A stretch of 19,695 nucleotides of DNA, from NCBI GenBank assembly GCA_963715985.1, contig CAVQSP010000006.1, positions 1-19,695 on the forward strand, in the 5' to 3' direction. Source of the stretch: an uncultured Thermoleophilia bacterium (lineage in GTDB: Bacteria > Actinomycetota > Thermoleophilia > UBA2241). The notes under the pieces are model-generated. The model was not told where the DNA came from. It did not search any database and was given only the letters and a program-made list of their open reading frames with translations. Shown here piece by piece: positions 1-9,774 of this stretch (within the stretch, counting starts at the first letter, position 1; every line of letters starts with the position of its first letter). The position numbers and the translations under genes were made by a program.

Positions 1-73
1 AGCCGACGCGGGGAATCGAACCCCGGACCCCATCATTACGAGTGATGTGCTCTGCCAGCTGAGCTACGTCGGC
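1..73 (-). tRNA. tRNA-Thr(CGT); CCA end would lie outside the window
   Basis: Reverse complement GCCGACGTAGCTCAGCTGGCAGAGCA-CATCA-CT-CGT-AA-TGATG-GGGTCCGGGGTTCGATTCCCCG-CGTCGGC-T folds as a cloverleaf with GTTCGA T-loop and anticodon CGT. Confidence 0.96.
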
Positions 74-90
74 CCTGAAGAAGCCTAGGG

Positions 91-119
91 ATTCTAGGAC
101 AACGCGGGCGCGGGCGCAA
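91..119 (-). promoter_or_regulatory. Putative sigma70-type promoter of tRNA-Thr(CGT)
   Basis: Minus strand TTGCGC-17 nt-TAGAAT, 17 nt upstream of the tRNA 5' end. Confidence 0.55.
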
Positions 120-399
120 AACGTCCCCGCCCGAGTCCGTACAACGCGCCTTTCCGAGGCTGCGTCGCAACCGGCCTGAGCGACCGCGGCAGCGTGCCCC
201 CGCGCCGTCACGCGCCCATCCACTGGATGCAACAATCCGCAACGCGCACTACCTTTTCGCGCTCTAGAGTCTGCAAAGTACGCTGGCGGTAGTGGAAAGG
301 GCTATGACGAGGCTCCCTTCATCAAGCCGCCGGCGGAGTTCCACTCGACCTGCGGCGCGGGATCGGCCCGCGCCGGAAGCTGATTCCCTAAGGGGGAGC

Positions 400-801
400 A
401 TGAAGAAGACGTTGACCAGTCTGACCGTCGTCGCCCTGGTGTTGACGGCCGCCGTGATGGTGTTCGCGGTCGTCGTCACGGCGCGCTCCGGCGCCACGTC
501 GTCGCTGTGCCACTCGACCAAGCTGTCCATCTCCGCACCGGCGTCCGTCAAGGCGGGCAAGACGATCAAGGTCACGGGCGCCGAGGGCCGGACCCCCGCC
601 CACGACGTGAAGGCGACGCTGCAGTACAAGCTCTCCACGGCGTCCGCGTGGAAGAACGGACCCTCCGCGAGCCTGTCCAACGGCGCGTACTCGCTGACCT
701 GGAAGGCCCCGTCCGCCAAGGGCACGTACAAGCTGCGCGTGCGGGTCGCGCACCTCTCGACGTCGAGCACGTCCGCGGCGAAGAAGGTCACCGTCAACTG
801 A
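400..801 (+). CDS. Secreted or surface hypothetical protein (133 aa), probable Ig-like beta-sandwich
   Basis: AAGGGGGAG RBS before ATG 400; MKK plus hydrophobic stretch (signal peptide); Ser/Thr/Lys-rich mature part with beta-strand pattern (LSISAPASVKAGKTIKVTG...YSLTWKAP...GTYKLRVRV); high third-position GC. Confidence 0.8.
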   Translation: MKKTLTSLTVVALVLTAAVMVFAVVVTARSGATSSLCHSTKLSISAPASVKAGKTIKVTGAEGRTPAHDVKATLQYKLSTASAWKNGPSASLSNGAYSLTWKAPSAKGTYKLRVRVAHLSTSSTSAAKKVTVN

Positions 802-830
802 AGCTCCGCGTCGCGGATCGAGCTCTTGAC

Positions 831-864
831 GACGGGCGGGCGGCCGCAGGGCCGCCCGCCCGTC
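831..864 (+). terminator. GC-rich stem-loop, probable intrinsic terminator without U tail
   Basis: Perfect 15-bp stem GACGGGCGGGCGGCC-GCAG-GGCCGCCCGCCCGTC, 30 nt after the stop at 801. Confidence 0.6.
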
Positions 865-1004
865 GCGCGTACGTGGCCGGCGCGGCGATGCTCCGGGCGC
901 CGCCGACCCTCCAAGCGGGCCGAAACGGCCCGGCCGGGCTCGCGCCGGCGGCCGTTGCGTCCACCGTTGGGGCGGTACCCTGACCGGGTGAGTGGGTCGG
1001 ACCC

Positions 1005-1039
1005 TTGCCCGGCATCGGGGTTTGCGCCTAGAATCACAT
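1005..1039 (+). promoter_or_regulatory. Putative promoter of the response regulator with overlapping Rex/CRP-like site
   Basis: TTGCCC-18 nt-TAGAAT (1005-1034); TTGCGCCTAGAATCACAT (1022-1039) resembles TTGTGA-N6-TCACAA. Confidence 0.4.
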
Positions 1040-1098
1040 AGTGTGAACTACCGCGTCGCGGCCGGAGGGGCCGAGCGCGGCGCGCCGGGAGGGGCAAC

Positions 1099-1767
1099 GT
1101 GAACGGCCCGGGAGCCGTGATCCGCATTCTGCTCGTTGACGATCACGCCATCGAGCGCCAGGGCGTGCGCGCCTTGCTCGACACCCAGCCGGACATGACG
1201 GTCGTCGGCGAAGCTCCCGACGGTCTCGAGGCGCTCCCGCTCGTCGGCACCACTCACCCGGACGTCATCGTCACCGAGACGATCATGCCGCGCATGAACG
1301 GCCTCGAGCTCACCGGTCAGGTGCTGCGCCGGTACCCGCACATCAAGGTGCTGGCCCTCACCCGCAACGACCGCAAGGACTGCGTGCTCCGCCTCGTCCA
1401 GGCGGGCGCCTCCGGCTACCTGCTCAAGACGGTGTGCACCGACGAGCTCGTCTCCGCCGTACGCGCCGTGATGGGCGGCACGCAGGTGCTGCAGCCACAG
1501 GCCCTCGAGGCCGTGCTGCACGACTACCTGGCGCGCGTCCACGACCCCCTCGCGCACCGGCCGGCGGAGGAGCTCACCGCCCGCGAGCGCGAGGTGCTCA
1601 AGCTCATCGCCGAGGGCAACAGCAACCAGGACATCGCCGACCTGCTGTGTCTGAGCCGCAAGACCGTGGAGACGCACCGCGGCAACATCATGGAGAAGCT
1701 GAAGCTGCACAAGGTCACCGACCTGGTGAAGTACGCCATCAGGGAGGGCCTGGTCGGGCTCGACTAG
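1099..1767 (+). CDS. NarL/LuxR-family response regulator (receiver plus LuxR HTH) with atypical phospho-acceptor
   Basis: IRILLVDDH, ASGYLLK and LTAREREVLKLIAEGNSNQDIADLLCLSRKTVETHRGNIMEKL; GGGAGG RBS before GTG. Alternative start GTG 1117. Confidence 0.95.
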   Translation: MNGPGAVIRILLVDDHAIERQGVRALLDTQPDMTVVGEAPDGLEALPLVGTTHPDVIVTETIMPRMNGLELTGQVLRRYPHIKVLALTRNDRKDCVLRLVQAGASGYLLKTVCTDELVSAVRAVMGGTQVLQPQALEAVLHDYLARVHDPLAHRPAEELTAREREVLKLIAEGNSNQDIADLLCLSRKTVETHRGNIMEKLKLHKVTDLVKYAIREGLVGLD

Positions 1768-1846
1768 ACGCGTGCGGCTTCCCGCGCGGCGCGCCGGCAT
1801 CCTCTTGCCACACGACCTCTGAGACCCCGACAGTCGCCCCGGGGAC

Positions 1847-1878
1847 TTGTGCGACGATTCACTTGCGTGATAATTATC
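1847..1878 (+). promoter_or_regulatory. Putative promoter/operator of the GT2-hypFCDE operon (Rex/CRP-like site plus AT-rich palindrome)
   Basis: TTGTGCGACGATTCACTT (1847-1864), then GATAATTATC palindrome (1869-1878) containing a -10-like GATAAT, in an otherwise very GC-rich spacer. Confidence 0.4.
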
Positions 1879-1941
1879 GATGCACGCGGGGCGTTCACGA
1901 AGGGATGCGCCGCAGTACATGCGCGATGCCGCCGGGTCGTG

Positions 1942-1967
1942 CGGCGGGCCGCCCGGGCGGCCCGCCG
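1942..1967. repeat. Perfect 26-bp palindrome (hairpin)
   Basis: CGGCGGGCCGCCC/GGGCGGCCCGCCG is self-complementary and followed by TTC. Confidence 0.75.
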
Positions 1968-2047
1968 TTCCGGGTCCGTCCGCTCGAGCGGCCCTTCGCG
2001 GTCCTTGGGCAGTGGGGCACGCCGGCCGCGAGATGCCGGAGGAGGTC

Positions 2048-2173
2048 ATGGTGTTCGCCGTCGAGGCACACGATAGGAACACGCGGCGCACTGAGGTCAC
2101 GGCGCCGGCACAGGTGGCCGGCGCGGCTGGGCGCACGGCAGAGCCGGCTCGCGTGGGCCTGAGGGCGACATGA
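2048..2173 (+). CDS. Possible small leader ORF (41 aa)
   Basis: GGAGGAGG at 2038-2045 before ATG 2048; stop overlaps the next start (ATGA). No recognisable domain. Confidence 0.3.
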   Translation: MVFAVEAHDRNTRRTEVTAPAQVAGAAGRTAEPARVGLRAT

Positions 2174-3046
2174 GCCGCGCCGGCCTGGTGGTGTACACCA
2201 GCCACGGCGTGCCCGCCCTCCGGGCGGTGCTCCGTGGCCTCCGGGAGACGGTGGACCGTCCCGCCGGCATCGTGGTGTTCGCCGACGACGCCTCCGACGT
2301 GGTGGCCACCTACCTCGTGCGCCAGTATCTGCGCGGCCGTATCGACGCCCTGCAGCTGGAGAGCGGCGATCGCCACGGCATGCACTGCGGCATTGACCGC
2401 GCTTTCCACATGGTCGACGGCGACTTCCTGGTGCGGGTGGACGACACCCTGGAGTTCCAGCCGGGATGGCTGGATCGCTCCATCGCGGCCCTCGAGGCCG
2501 ACCCGGCCATCGGCTGCCTGTCACTCTTGCCGCCGGACGACTACCACCGCGGGCGCGGCCGGCCGCGCACAGTGCACGTGGAGCCGGTCACGGTCGACCA
2601 TCTGGACATGCGCTGTTTCGTGACGCGCCGTGACTTGGTGCAGCGTCACGAGTGCCAGCTGCTGGGCGAGCGCGCCGGCGAATGCGCCTTCCAGCGCTAC
2701 CTGCGCGAGCGAGGGTCGCACGCTGGCCTATCTGCCCGGCGTGGTGACGGCACTCTCCGTGGCCGACGTGCCCTCAGCACAGGACGCCTGCGCCCACGAG
2801 GCCGACCTGCCGGCGCACCAGGGCGCCTCCGGCGCCATGCAGCGCCTGGAACAGGCCTACGACCTCGGTGACGACGTGCTGCTCACCTGCATGGCCTGTG
2901 GCAACAACGAGCTCGAGGTGCTGGCGGCGCGTATCCGCTTCTGCGAACGCCACCAGGTGGCCATCGGCTACTGGTACGAGCTGCGCTGTCCGGAGTGCAA
3001 CGAGCTCCACTACAAGGACGACTACCAGTTCAGCTGCCCTGGGTGA
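2170..3046 (+). CDS. Degenerate glycosyltransferase family 2 (GT-A fold) protein with C-terminal CxxC...CxxC Zn-ribbon; one frameshift near 2714
   Basis: GT2-like segments IVVFADDASD and GDFLVRVDDTLEFQPGWLDRSIAALEADPAIG. Removing one G of the run at 2713-2715 joins ORF 2170-2871 to ORF 2630-3046 (CMAC...CPEC), giving 291 aa. Confidence 0.7.
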
Positions 3047-5635
3047 CCGGGGCCATCGCGAGGGACGACGTCCCATTGCCGCACAGACCTGACGCCGCAC
3101 AGGGAGAAGCCGCCGCCCGGTTGAACGTGCGCGGGGTCGTGCAGGGCGTCGGCTTTCGCCCCTTCGTGTACGGGCTCGCTCAGCGGCACCGCCTGGTGGG
3201 CTGGGTGCGTAACACGTCGGCCGGCGTGGAGATCCTCGTGCAGGGGCAGGCCGCCGACGTGGACGCGTTCGCCCTGGCCCTGCCCGCGGAAGCGCCGCCA
3301 CGCAGCCACATCGCCGCGCTGCAGAGCCGGAAGGTGGCGCCCGGCGTCGCCGCCGACGGTCCGGCCGCGGGCGACTCCTTCATCATCCTCGAGAGCTCGG
3401 TAGACCCCGATGCCTACCAGCTCGTCTCCCCCGACATCGCCACCTGCGAGGACTGCCGGCGCGAGCTGCTCGATCCGGCCGACCGCCGCCATCGAGTACC
3501 CCTTCATCAACTGCACCAACTGCGGGCCGCGGTTCACGATCATCGAGGACCTGCCCTACGATCGCGAACGGACCACGATGCGCCACTTCCCGCTGTGTTC
3601 GGCGTGCCGGGCGGAGTACGAGGACCCGGGTGACCGGCGTTTTCACGCCGAGCCCAATGCGTGCCCGGTGTGCGGGCCGCGCGTGACGCTGCTGCGGCTC
3701 GGCGGACCTCCGCTCCGGAGCATCAAGCTGGCTGAAGGAACGCACGGCGATCCCGCCGGCCCCGTCCGCGCGGCCGCCGAGCTGCTGGGTCGCGGGGAGA
3801 TCCTGGCGCTCAAGGGTCTCGGCGGCTTCCACCTGGCGTGCGATGCCACCGACGCCGCCGCGGTACGGCGTCTCAAGCAGCGCAAGCGACGGCCGCACAA
3901 GCCGCTGGCCGTGATGTTCGAGAGCATCGAACAGCTGCGTGCGCACTGCCTGGCCGACGAAGCGACGGAGGTAGCCCTTGCCTCGCCCGAGCACCCCATC
4001 GTCCTGCTGCCGTGGCGGGAGATCGGACCGGATGGCGAGGTGGGCGACGAGCTGGGCAGCGCCGGAGCCGCGCGGGCCGCTGCCACCGCCGGCAGGCCGG
4101 CCGCCGTGGACCCCGAGGTGGCCACGGGGCAGCGTTACGTCGGCGCGATGCTGCCGTACACGCCGCTCCACATCCTGCTCCTCCGAGCCGCCGGTCGCCC
4201 GCTTGTGATGACCAGCGGCAACCTGGCGGAGGAGCCGATCGTCAAGGGCTGGGAGGACATCGCGCGGCTCATGCCCATCGCCGATGCCTTTCTGGTCCAC
4301 GACCGTGAGATCGCCGTGCGCTACGACGACTCGGTGGTACAGGTCCGGGCGGACGCGTGCGGCCCATTCGGCGCTCCCGCGGCTTCGCCCCCTTCCCGGT
4401 GCGGTTGCCCCGCCGCCTGCCGCAGGTACTGGCCTGCGGGGCCGAGCTCAAGAACACGTTCTGCCTCACGCGCGAGGCCGACGCCTTCGTCAGCCAGCAC
4501 ATCGGCGACCTCGAGAACCTGGAGACGCTGGACCATTTCGAGGCGTCCATCGCCGTGTACCGCCATCTGTTCCGGCTCGAGCCGGAGGTCGTGGCCTACG
4601 ACCTTCATCCGGAGTACCTGGCCACCAAGTACGCCCTCGGGCTCGACCTGGACGACAAGGTCGCCGTGCAGCACCACCACGCGCACGTGGCGGCCCGGAT
4701 GGTCGAGCACGGGCGCGAGGAACCCGTCATCGGGGTGAGCCTCGACGGTCTGGGCTTCGGCGACGATGGGGTGCTGTGGGGAGGCGAGGTGCTGGTCTGC
4801 GACCTGGCCGGGTACCGGCGCGTCGCTCACCTGGAGGGATGCCCGCTGCCGGGCGGCGCCGCGGCCATCAGGCAGCCGTGGCGCACGGCCTTGGGCTGGT
4901 CGCTCGCGCTCCTCGGCGAGGATGGGCTCGAGCGGGCGCTCCGCCAGCTTCGCCGCCGGGCCGGCGATGTGACTGCCGCAGGCCTGCACGCTCCGACCGA
5001 GGAGGAGGTCGCCGTGGTGGCGCGCCAGGTCGAACGGGGCGTCAACGCGCCGCTCACCACGAGCTGCGGTCGCCTGTTCGACGCGGTGGCGGCGCTGGCC
5101 GGCGTGCGCCACGAGATCAGCTACGAGGGTCAGGCGGCCATTGAGCTCGAGATGCGCTCGGCCGGGTCGGGGCCGGCCTACGAGTTCGTCGTCGAGGGCG
5201 ACGTCGCGGCCGCGGCTGCGGGGCCGCGTCGTGGCGCGGCCGACTGGGCCGCGGCGCACGCACGGGGCACGGCCGGGGAGGGTGCCTCGCCGGCCGTGGT
5301 GCGGCTTGCGCCGTTGCTGGCCGGCGTGCTCGCCGACCTCGAAGCCGGCGCCGGTCGCCGGCGCCGTGGGCGCGCGACTGCACGCCACGCTCGCGCGCCT
5401 CGTGCTCGAGCTCGCGTGCCGGGTCAGGGACGCCGGCGGCCCGCAGGCCGTGGCCCTCGTCGGCGGCGTGTTCCAGAACCGTCTGCTGTGCGATCTCTGT
5501 ACGCGCAGCCTCGAGGACGCCGGCTTCGAGGTGCTCGACGCCGAGCTCGTGCCGACCAACGACGGCGGCATCTCGCTGGGGCAGGCGGCGGTGGCGGGCT
5601 ATACTGCGCTGGAGCGGCGCGGCGAGCCGGCGTAG
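3043..5635 (+). CDS. hypF: Carbamoyltransferase HypF ([NiFe]-hydrogenase maturation); frameshifts near 3495, 4350 and 5350
   Basis: Acylphosphatase motif VRGVVQGVGFRPFVY; Zn fingers DIATCEDC...YPFINCTNCGPRF and CSAC...RRFHAEPNACPVCGP; LKGLGGFHLACDA, MTSGN, VQHHHAH, DGLGFGDDG.LWGGE, TTSCGRLFDA, GGVFQN, NDGGISLGQ, spread over four consecutive frames; GTGA overlap with the upstream gene. Confidence 0.95.
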
Positions 5636-5677
5636 TCGCCTCGCCGCGTTACACCGTCCGGCAGACAGGACCCCGAC

Positions 5678-5938
5678 ATGTGTCTCGCAGTACCCATGCG
5701 CATCACCGCCCTCGAGGGCACGCTGGCCACGATCGCCGCCGCCGGCCTCGAGCAGCGGTGCAGCGTGCTGCTCGTCCCCGAGGCGGGGATCGGCGACTAC
5801 GTGCTCGTCCACGCCGGCTACGCCATCAGCGTGCTCGACGAGGCGGATGCGCTGGAGACGTACGAGCTCCTGCGCGAGATCGGCGCGCTCGACGAGCTCA
5901 CCGGCGAGGATGAGGCCTCAGCCGATGGACCAGACTGA
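5678..5938 (+). CDS. hypC: Hydrogenase assembly chaperone HypC
   Basis: N-terminal MCLAVP and IGDYVLVHAGYAI motifs. Confidence 0.97.
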   Translation: MCLAVPMRITALEGTLATIAAAGLEQRCSVLLVPEAGIGDYVLVHAGYAISVLDEADALETYELLREIGALDELTGEDEASADGPD

Positions 5939-6990
5939 GACCCTCCGTCGCCTCGCGGCCGAGCTGCAGGCCGCCGCTCCCTCCGCTCTCACCGTGATGG
6001 AGGTGTGCGGGACACACACCATGGCCGTCGCCCGCTACGGGCTGCGCGAGCTTCTTCCGGCCGGTCTGAGTCTGATCTCGGGCCCGGGCTGTCCCGTGTG
6101 CGTCACGTGCCGTCTCCGATCTCGACCAGATGGTCGCGCTCGCCCGCCTGCCCCAGGTCACCGTGACGACGTTCGGTGACCTCATCCGCGTGCCCGCCTC
6201 GGCGACCACCCTTGCGGCGGAGCGCGCCGCGGGCGCCGACGTGCGCGTCGTCTACTCGGCGCGGGATGCCGTCGCCATCGCCGCCGCGGAGCCGGATCGT
6301 GAAGTCGTGTTCGCCGGCATCGGCTTCGAGACCACGGCGCCCACCGTCGCCGCCGCCCTTCTGGAGGCTCGTGCGAGCGGGGTCCACAACTTCTCCGTGC
6401 TCAGCATGCACAAGACCATGCCGCTGGCGCTGCGGGCGCTGCTCGATCTCGGTGAGACGCCTATCGGCGGGTTCCTGCTGCCCGGTCACGTCAGCGTGAT
6501 CACCGGCACCGCCTGCTACGAGTTCCTGGCCGGCGAGTATCGCGTGGCCGGCGTCGTGGCGGGCTTCGAGCCGGGGGACATCCTCCGGGCGCTGCTGAGG
6601 ATCGTGCGCCAGACTCGGCCGGCAGTGGAGATCGAGTACACCCGCGCGGTGCGCCCCGAGGGCAACGTCGTGGCGCAGCAGCTGCTCGAGCGGGTGTTCG
6701 AGCCGGCCGACGCCGACTGGCGCGGGCTGGGCGTGATCCCCGGGTCCGGGCTCGCGCTGAGCCGGGAGTTCGAAGACATGGACGCCGGGCGCCGCTTCGC
6801 CGTGGACGCCGGCTCGCCGCAGGAGCCGGCAGGCTGCCGCTGCGGCGAGGTCCTGCGCGGTGTGCTGGACCCGGCGGCCTGCGCGCTGTTCGGTACTCGC
6901 TGTACGCCGCAGGCGCCCGTGGGCGCCTGCATGGTCAGCAGCGAGGGTGCCTGCGCGGCTCGCTATCGCTTCCGCGGCATCGATGACTGA
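5925..6990 (+). CDS. hypD: Hydrogenase maturation protein HypD; one frameshift near 6108
   Basis: MEVCGTHT and GPGCPVCVT in the first frame; GFETT, PGHVS and CRCGEVLRG...CMVSSEGACAA in the second frame. Confidence 0.95.
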
Positions 6991-8053
6991 CGGCGGCCGC
7001 GTCCTCCTGGGTCACGGCAGTGGCGGAAGGCTGTACCGCGACCTCGTCCGGGACGTCTTCGTACGCGCCTTCGCCAATCCGGTGCTCGAGCGTCTGGACG
7101 ATGCGGCCGAGCTCGCCACCGGCGGCCGCATCGCCTTCACCACCGACAGCCACGTGGTGCAGCCGCTCACCTTCCCCGGCGGCGACATCGGCCGCCTTGC
7201 GGTGGCCGGCACCGTGAACGACCTGGCGACGGCGGCGGCGCGGCCGCTGGCGCTCGCCGCCGCCTTCATCATCGAGGAGGGGTTCGCTCTCGACAGCCTG
7301 AACGCCATCTGCGCCAGCATGGCGGACACCGCGCGCGAGGTCGGCGTGCCGATCGTCACCGGCGACACCAAGGTGGTGGAGCGCGGCGCCTGCGACGGCC
7401 TCTTCATCACCACGACCGGCGTGGGGGATGTCGTCGTGCGGCACCGGCTGGGAGCGACCGCGGTCCGCGAGGGAGACGCGGTCGTCCTGAGCGGCGGCAT
7501 CGGCGACCATGCCGTAGCGATACTGGCGGCGCGCGAGGAGTTCAGCTTCACCAGCGACGTGCGCAGCGACTGCGCCCCTCTGTGGGGCCTCGTCGAGGCG
7601 GCGGTGGCCGCAGCTCGCGACGCCGGGGCCTCGCCGCCGTCGGATGCGTCTGCAGCCGGCGGCCAGGTGGATGCCCCAGCCCTGCGGTTCCTTCGCGACC
7701 CGACGCGCGGCGGCCTCACCACCGTGCTTGCGGAGCTGGCCGAAGAGGCCGATCTCGGCGTCGAGATCGAGGAGGCGGCCGTCCCGGTCTCGCCGGCCGT
7801 GCGCTCGGTCTGCGAACTGCTCGGATACGATCCCTACTCGCTGGCGAACGAGGGCAAGATGGTCGCCGTGGTGGCGCCGGAGGCGGCCGATGCCGTGGTC
7901 TCGGCCATGCGGGGTACGCCGTACGGCGTCGAGGCGCGGCGCATCGGCTTCGTCACGGCCGCGCACCCCGGCCGCGTGGCCCTTCGCACGGCGTTCGGCA
8001 CGCGGCGCGTGCTCGACATGCCGGTGGGGGAGTTGCTGCCGCGCATCTGCTGA
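6983..8053 (+). CDS. hypE: Carbamoyl dehydratase HypE
   Basis: HGSGG, FTTDS, FPGGDIG.LAV.GTVND, GDTKVV, RDPTRGG, NEGK and diagnostic C-terminal LPRIC. Confidence 0.97.
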   Translation: MTDGGRVLLGHGSGGRLYRDLVRDVFVRAFANPVLERLDDAAELATGGRIAFTTDSHVVQPLTFPGGDIGRLAVAGTVNDLATAAARPLALAAAFIIEEGFALDSLNAICASMADTAREVGVPIVTGDTKVVERGACDGLFITTTGVGDVVVRHRLGATAVREGDAVVLSGGIGDHAVAILAAREEFSFTSDVRSDCAPLWGLVEAAVAAARDAGASPPSDASAAGGQVDAPALRFLRDPTRGGLTTVLAELAEEADLGVEIEEAAVPVSPAVRSVCELLGYDPYSLANEGKMVAVVAPEAADAVVSAMRGTPYGVEARRIGFVTAAHPGRVALRTAFGTRRVLDMPVGELLPRIC

Positions 8054-8230
8054 GGCGCCGGGCCGGTGGTTCGGCTCGTCGGCCGGCCTTCCGTCCCGGC
8101 CCTTGTCCGTCATCGCGCCCGGTGCTAGCGTCGAGCCCGGTCCGGCCCGGCCGCCGTGGCGGTCGAGGCGTGAGAGCAGGTACGGGGACGTGAACCGCGT
8201 CGCCGGCCGCCGGGGCGGGGAGGAGCTCAA

Positions 8231-9431
8231 GTGAAGGTCTGCGTGATGGGCGGCGCCGGCAGGATGGCGCTCGGCGCGGTGCGGGAGTTCGTCGAGCACG
8301 ATGAGGTCGAGGCGCTCGTCCTCGCCGACGCGGACGCCGCGGCGCTGCGCGGACGCGTCGAGTCGCTGGACTCGGCCAAGGTCTCGCAGGTGGTCGTGGA
8401 CGTCACCGATCGGGCAGGCATGGTCGCGGTGCTGGACGGCTGCGACGTGTGTCTCAACGCCACGTTGCCGTACTTCAACGAGGGCATCATGGAGGCGTGT
8501 CTGGCCGCCGGGTGTCACTACACCGACATGGGCGGCCTCTTCCACTGGGCGGCGAAGCAGCTGGCGATGAGCGACCGCTTCGCCGCCGCCGGCCTCACCG
8601 CCATCTGCGGTTCAGGCTCGGCTCCCGGCATCGTGAACGTGATGGCGCGGTATGCCGCGCTGCGTCTGGACACCGTCGAGTGGGTGCGCATCCGCGACGG
8701 CATCGTGAACTTCGCGCCGGCCTGGGCTCCCCTCGTACCGCCGTACTCCCTCGATACGCTGCTCAACGAGTTCATGATGGACCCGTGGATCTTCAAGGAC
8801 GGGGAGTGGCGGGAGATGACGCCGTTCTCCGGCGCCGAGGTGATCGACTTCCCCGAGCCGGTCGGCACGCAGACCTGCTTCTACACCATCCACTCGGAGC
8901 CGCAGACCATCCCCGTGTCGTTCCGCGACAAGGGCATCCGCGAGGTGAGCTTCCAGCTGTCGCTGCCCAAGGCGTTTGAGGACAAGCTGCGCTTCGTGGT
9001 CGAGCTGGGGCTCGCGGACAAGGATGCACTTCAGGTCGGCCAGACGTCCGTCGTGCCTCGTGACGTGCTGATGGCGCTGGTGGACCGCTCGCTGGCGGCG
9101 GCGGGGGAGGCGGCGGCGGCTTCCGGTCGCACACCGCCGCCGCCCGACGATCACAAGGTACTCCGCGTCGACGTGCGCGGCACCAAGGGACGGGCAGGTG
9201 CAGGACTACCGGCTCGAGAGCATCCAGCACCCGTACCCGGCGTGGGGGATGTCGTGCGGGGCGTTCACCGTCGGCTTCCTCTCGGCCGTCACGGTGCTGC
9301 TGCTGGGGCGGGGAGTCATCACCGAGCGCGGCGCCTTCGGCGGTGAGGCGTGCATCCCGCCGGAGGCCTACTTCGCGGAGTGCAATCGCCGCGACATCCA
9401 CGTGGACGTCGCGCAGACCTGCGCGTACTGA
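8231..9431 (+). CDS. Saccharopine dehydrogenase-like NAD(P)-dependent oxidoreductase (lysine 6-dehydrogenase/carboxynorspermidine synthase family); one frameshift near 9188
   Basis: Rossmann start MKVCVMGGAGRM, NATLPYFN...ACLAAGCHYTDMGG, GSGSAPGIVN, HSEP; C-terminus (GAFGGE) in ORF 9198-9431; GAGGAG RBS. Confidence 0.85.
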
Positions 9432-9492
9432 CGGCGTTCGCGGTGGGAGGGCAGGGCGTGGGCGCGCGCGTCGCAGGCCGGCGACCGGCGTG

Positions 9493-9774
9493 ATGGACGA
9501 CCGGGTCATCCTCTGCCTCTGCCGTGACGTCACGGCCGGCGACGTGCGTCGCGCCGTCGCCGCGGGCTACACCGACGTGGAGACGCTGAAGCGCTTCACC
9601 GGCGCCTTCACGGGTCCCTGCCAGGGCAAGAGCTGCGGCGAGGCCGTGCGGCGCGTGCTGGCCGAGCTCACCGGTCGCGAGCTCGCGGACGTTCCGGCGC
9701 CGCCGGTGCGGCCGCCCCTCTGGCCCGTGCGCCTGGGGACGCTGGCGGCCGCCGCGCCAGGTGCGGAGAAGTGA
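9493..9774 (+). CDS. BFD-like Cys-cluster ([2Fe-2S]-type) small protein
   Basis: ILCLCRDVT...LKRFTGAFTGPCQGKSC...RPP matches the CxC...GxCQGxxC domain of HcnB/opine/proline dehydrogenase alpha subunits. Start ATG 9493 or GTG 9490. Confidence 0.85.
   Translation: MDDRVILCLCRDVTAGDVRRAVAAGYTDVETLKRFTGAFTGPCQGKSCGEAVRRVLAELTGRELADVPAPPVRPPLWPVRLGTLAAAAPGAEK

Noticed and set aside
316-375. SAM-I riboswitch (ATCAAG...GGGATCGGCCC resemblance)
   Set aside because: It lacks the AUC.AGAG, GCAACC and GUGC core elements, and the downstream gene is unrelated to sulfur metabolism.
2868-3046. hypA
   Set aside because: It has two CxxC pairs, but no N-terminal MHE motif, the spacing is longer than in HypA, and it appears fused to a GT2-like domain.
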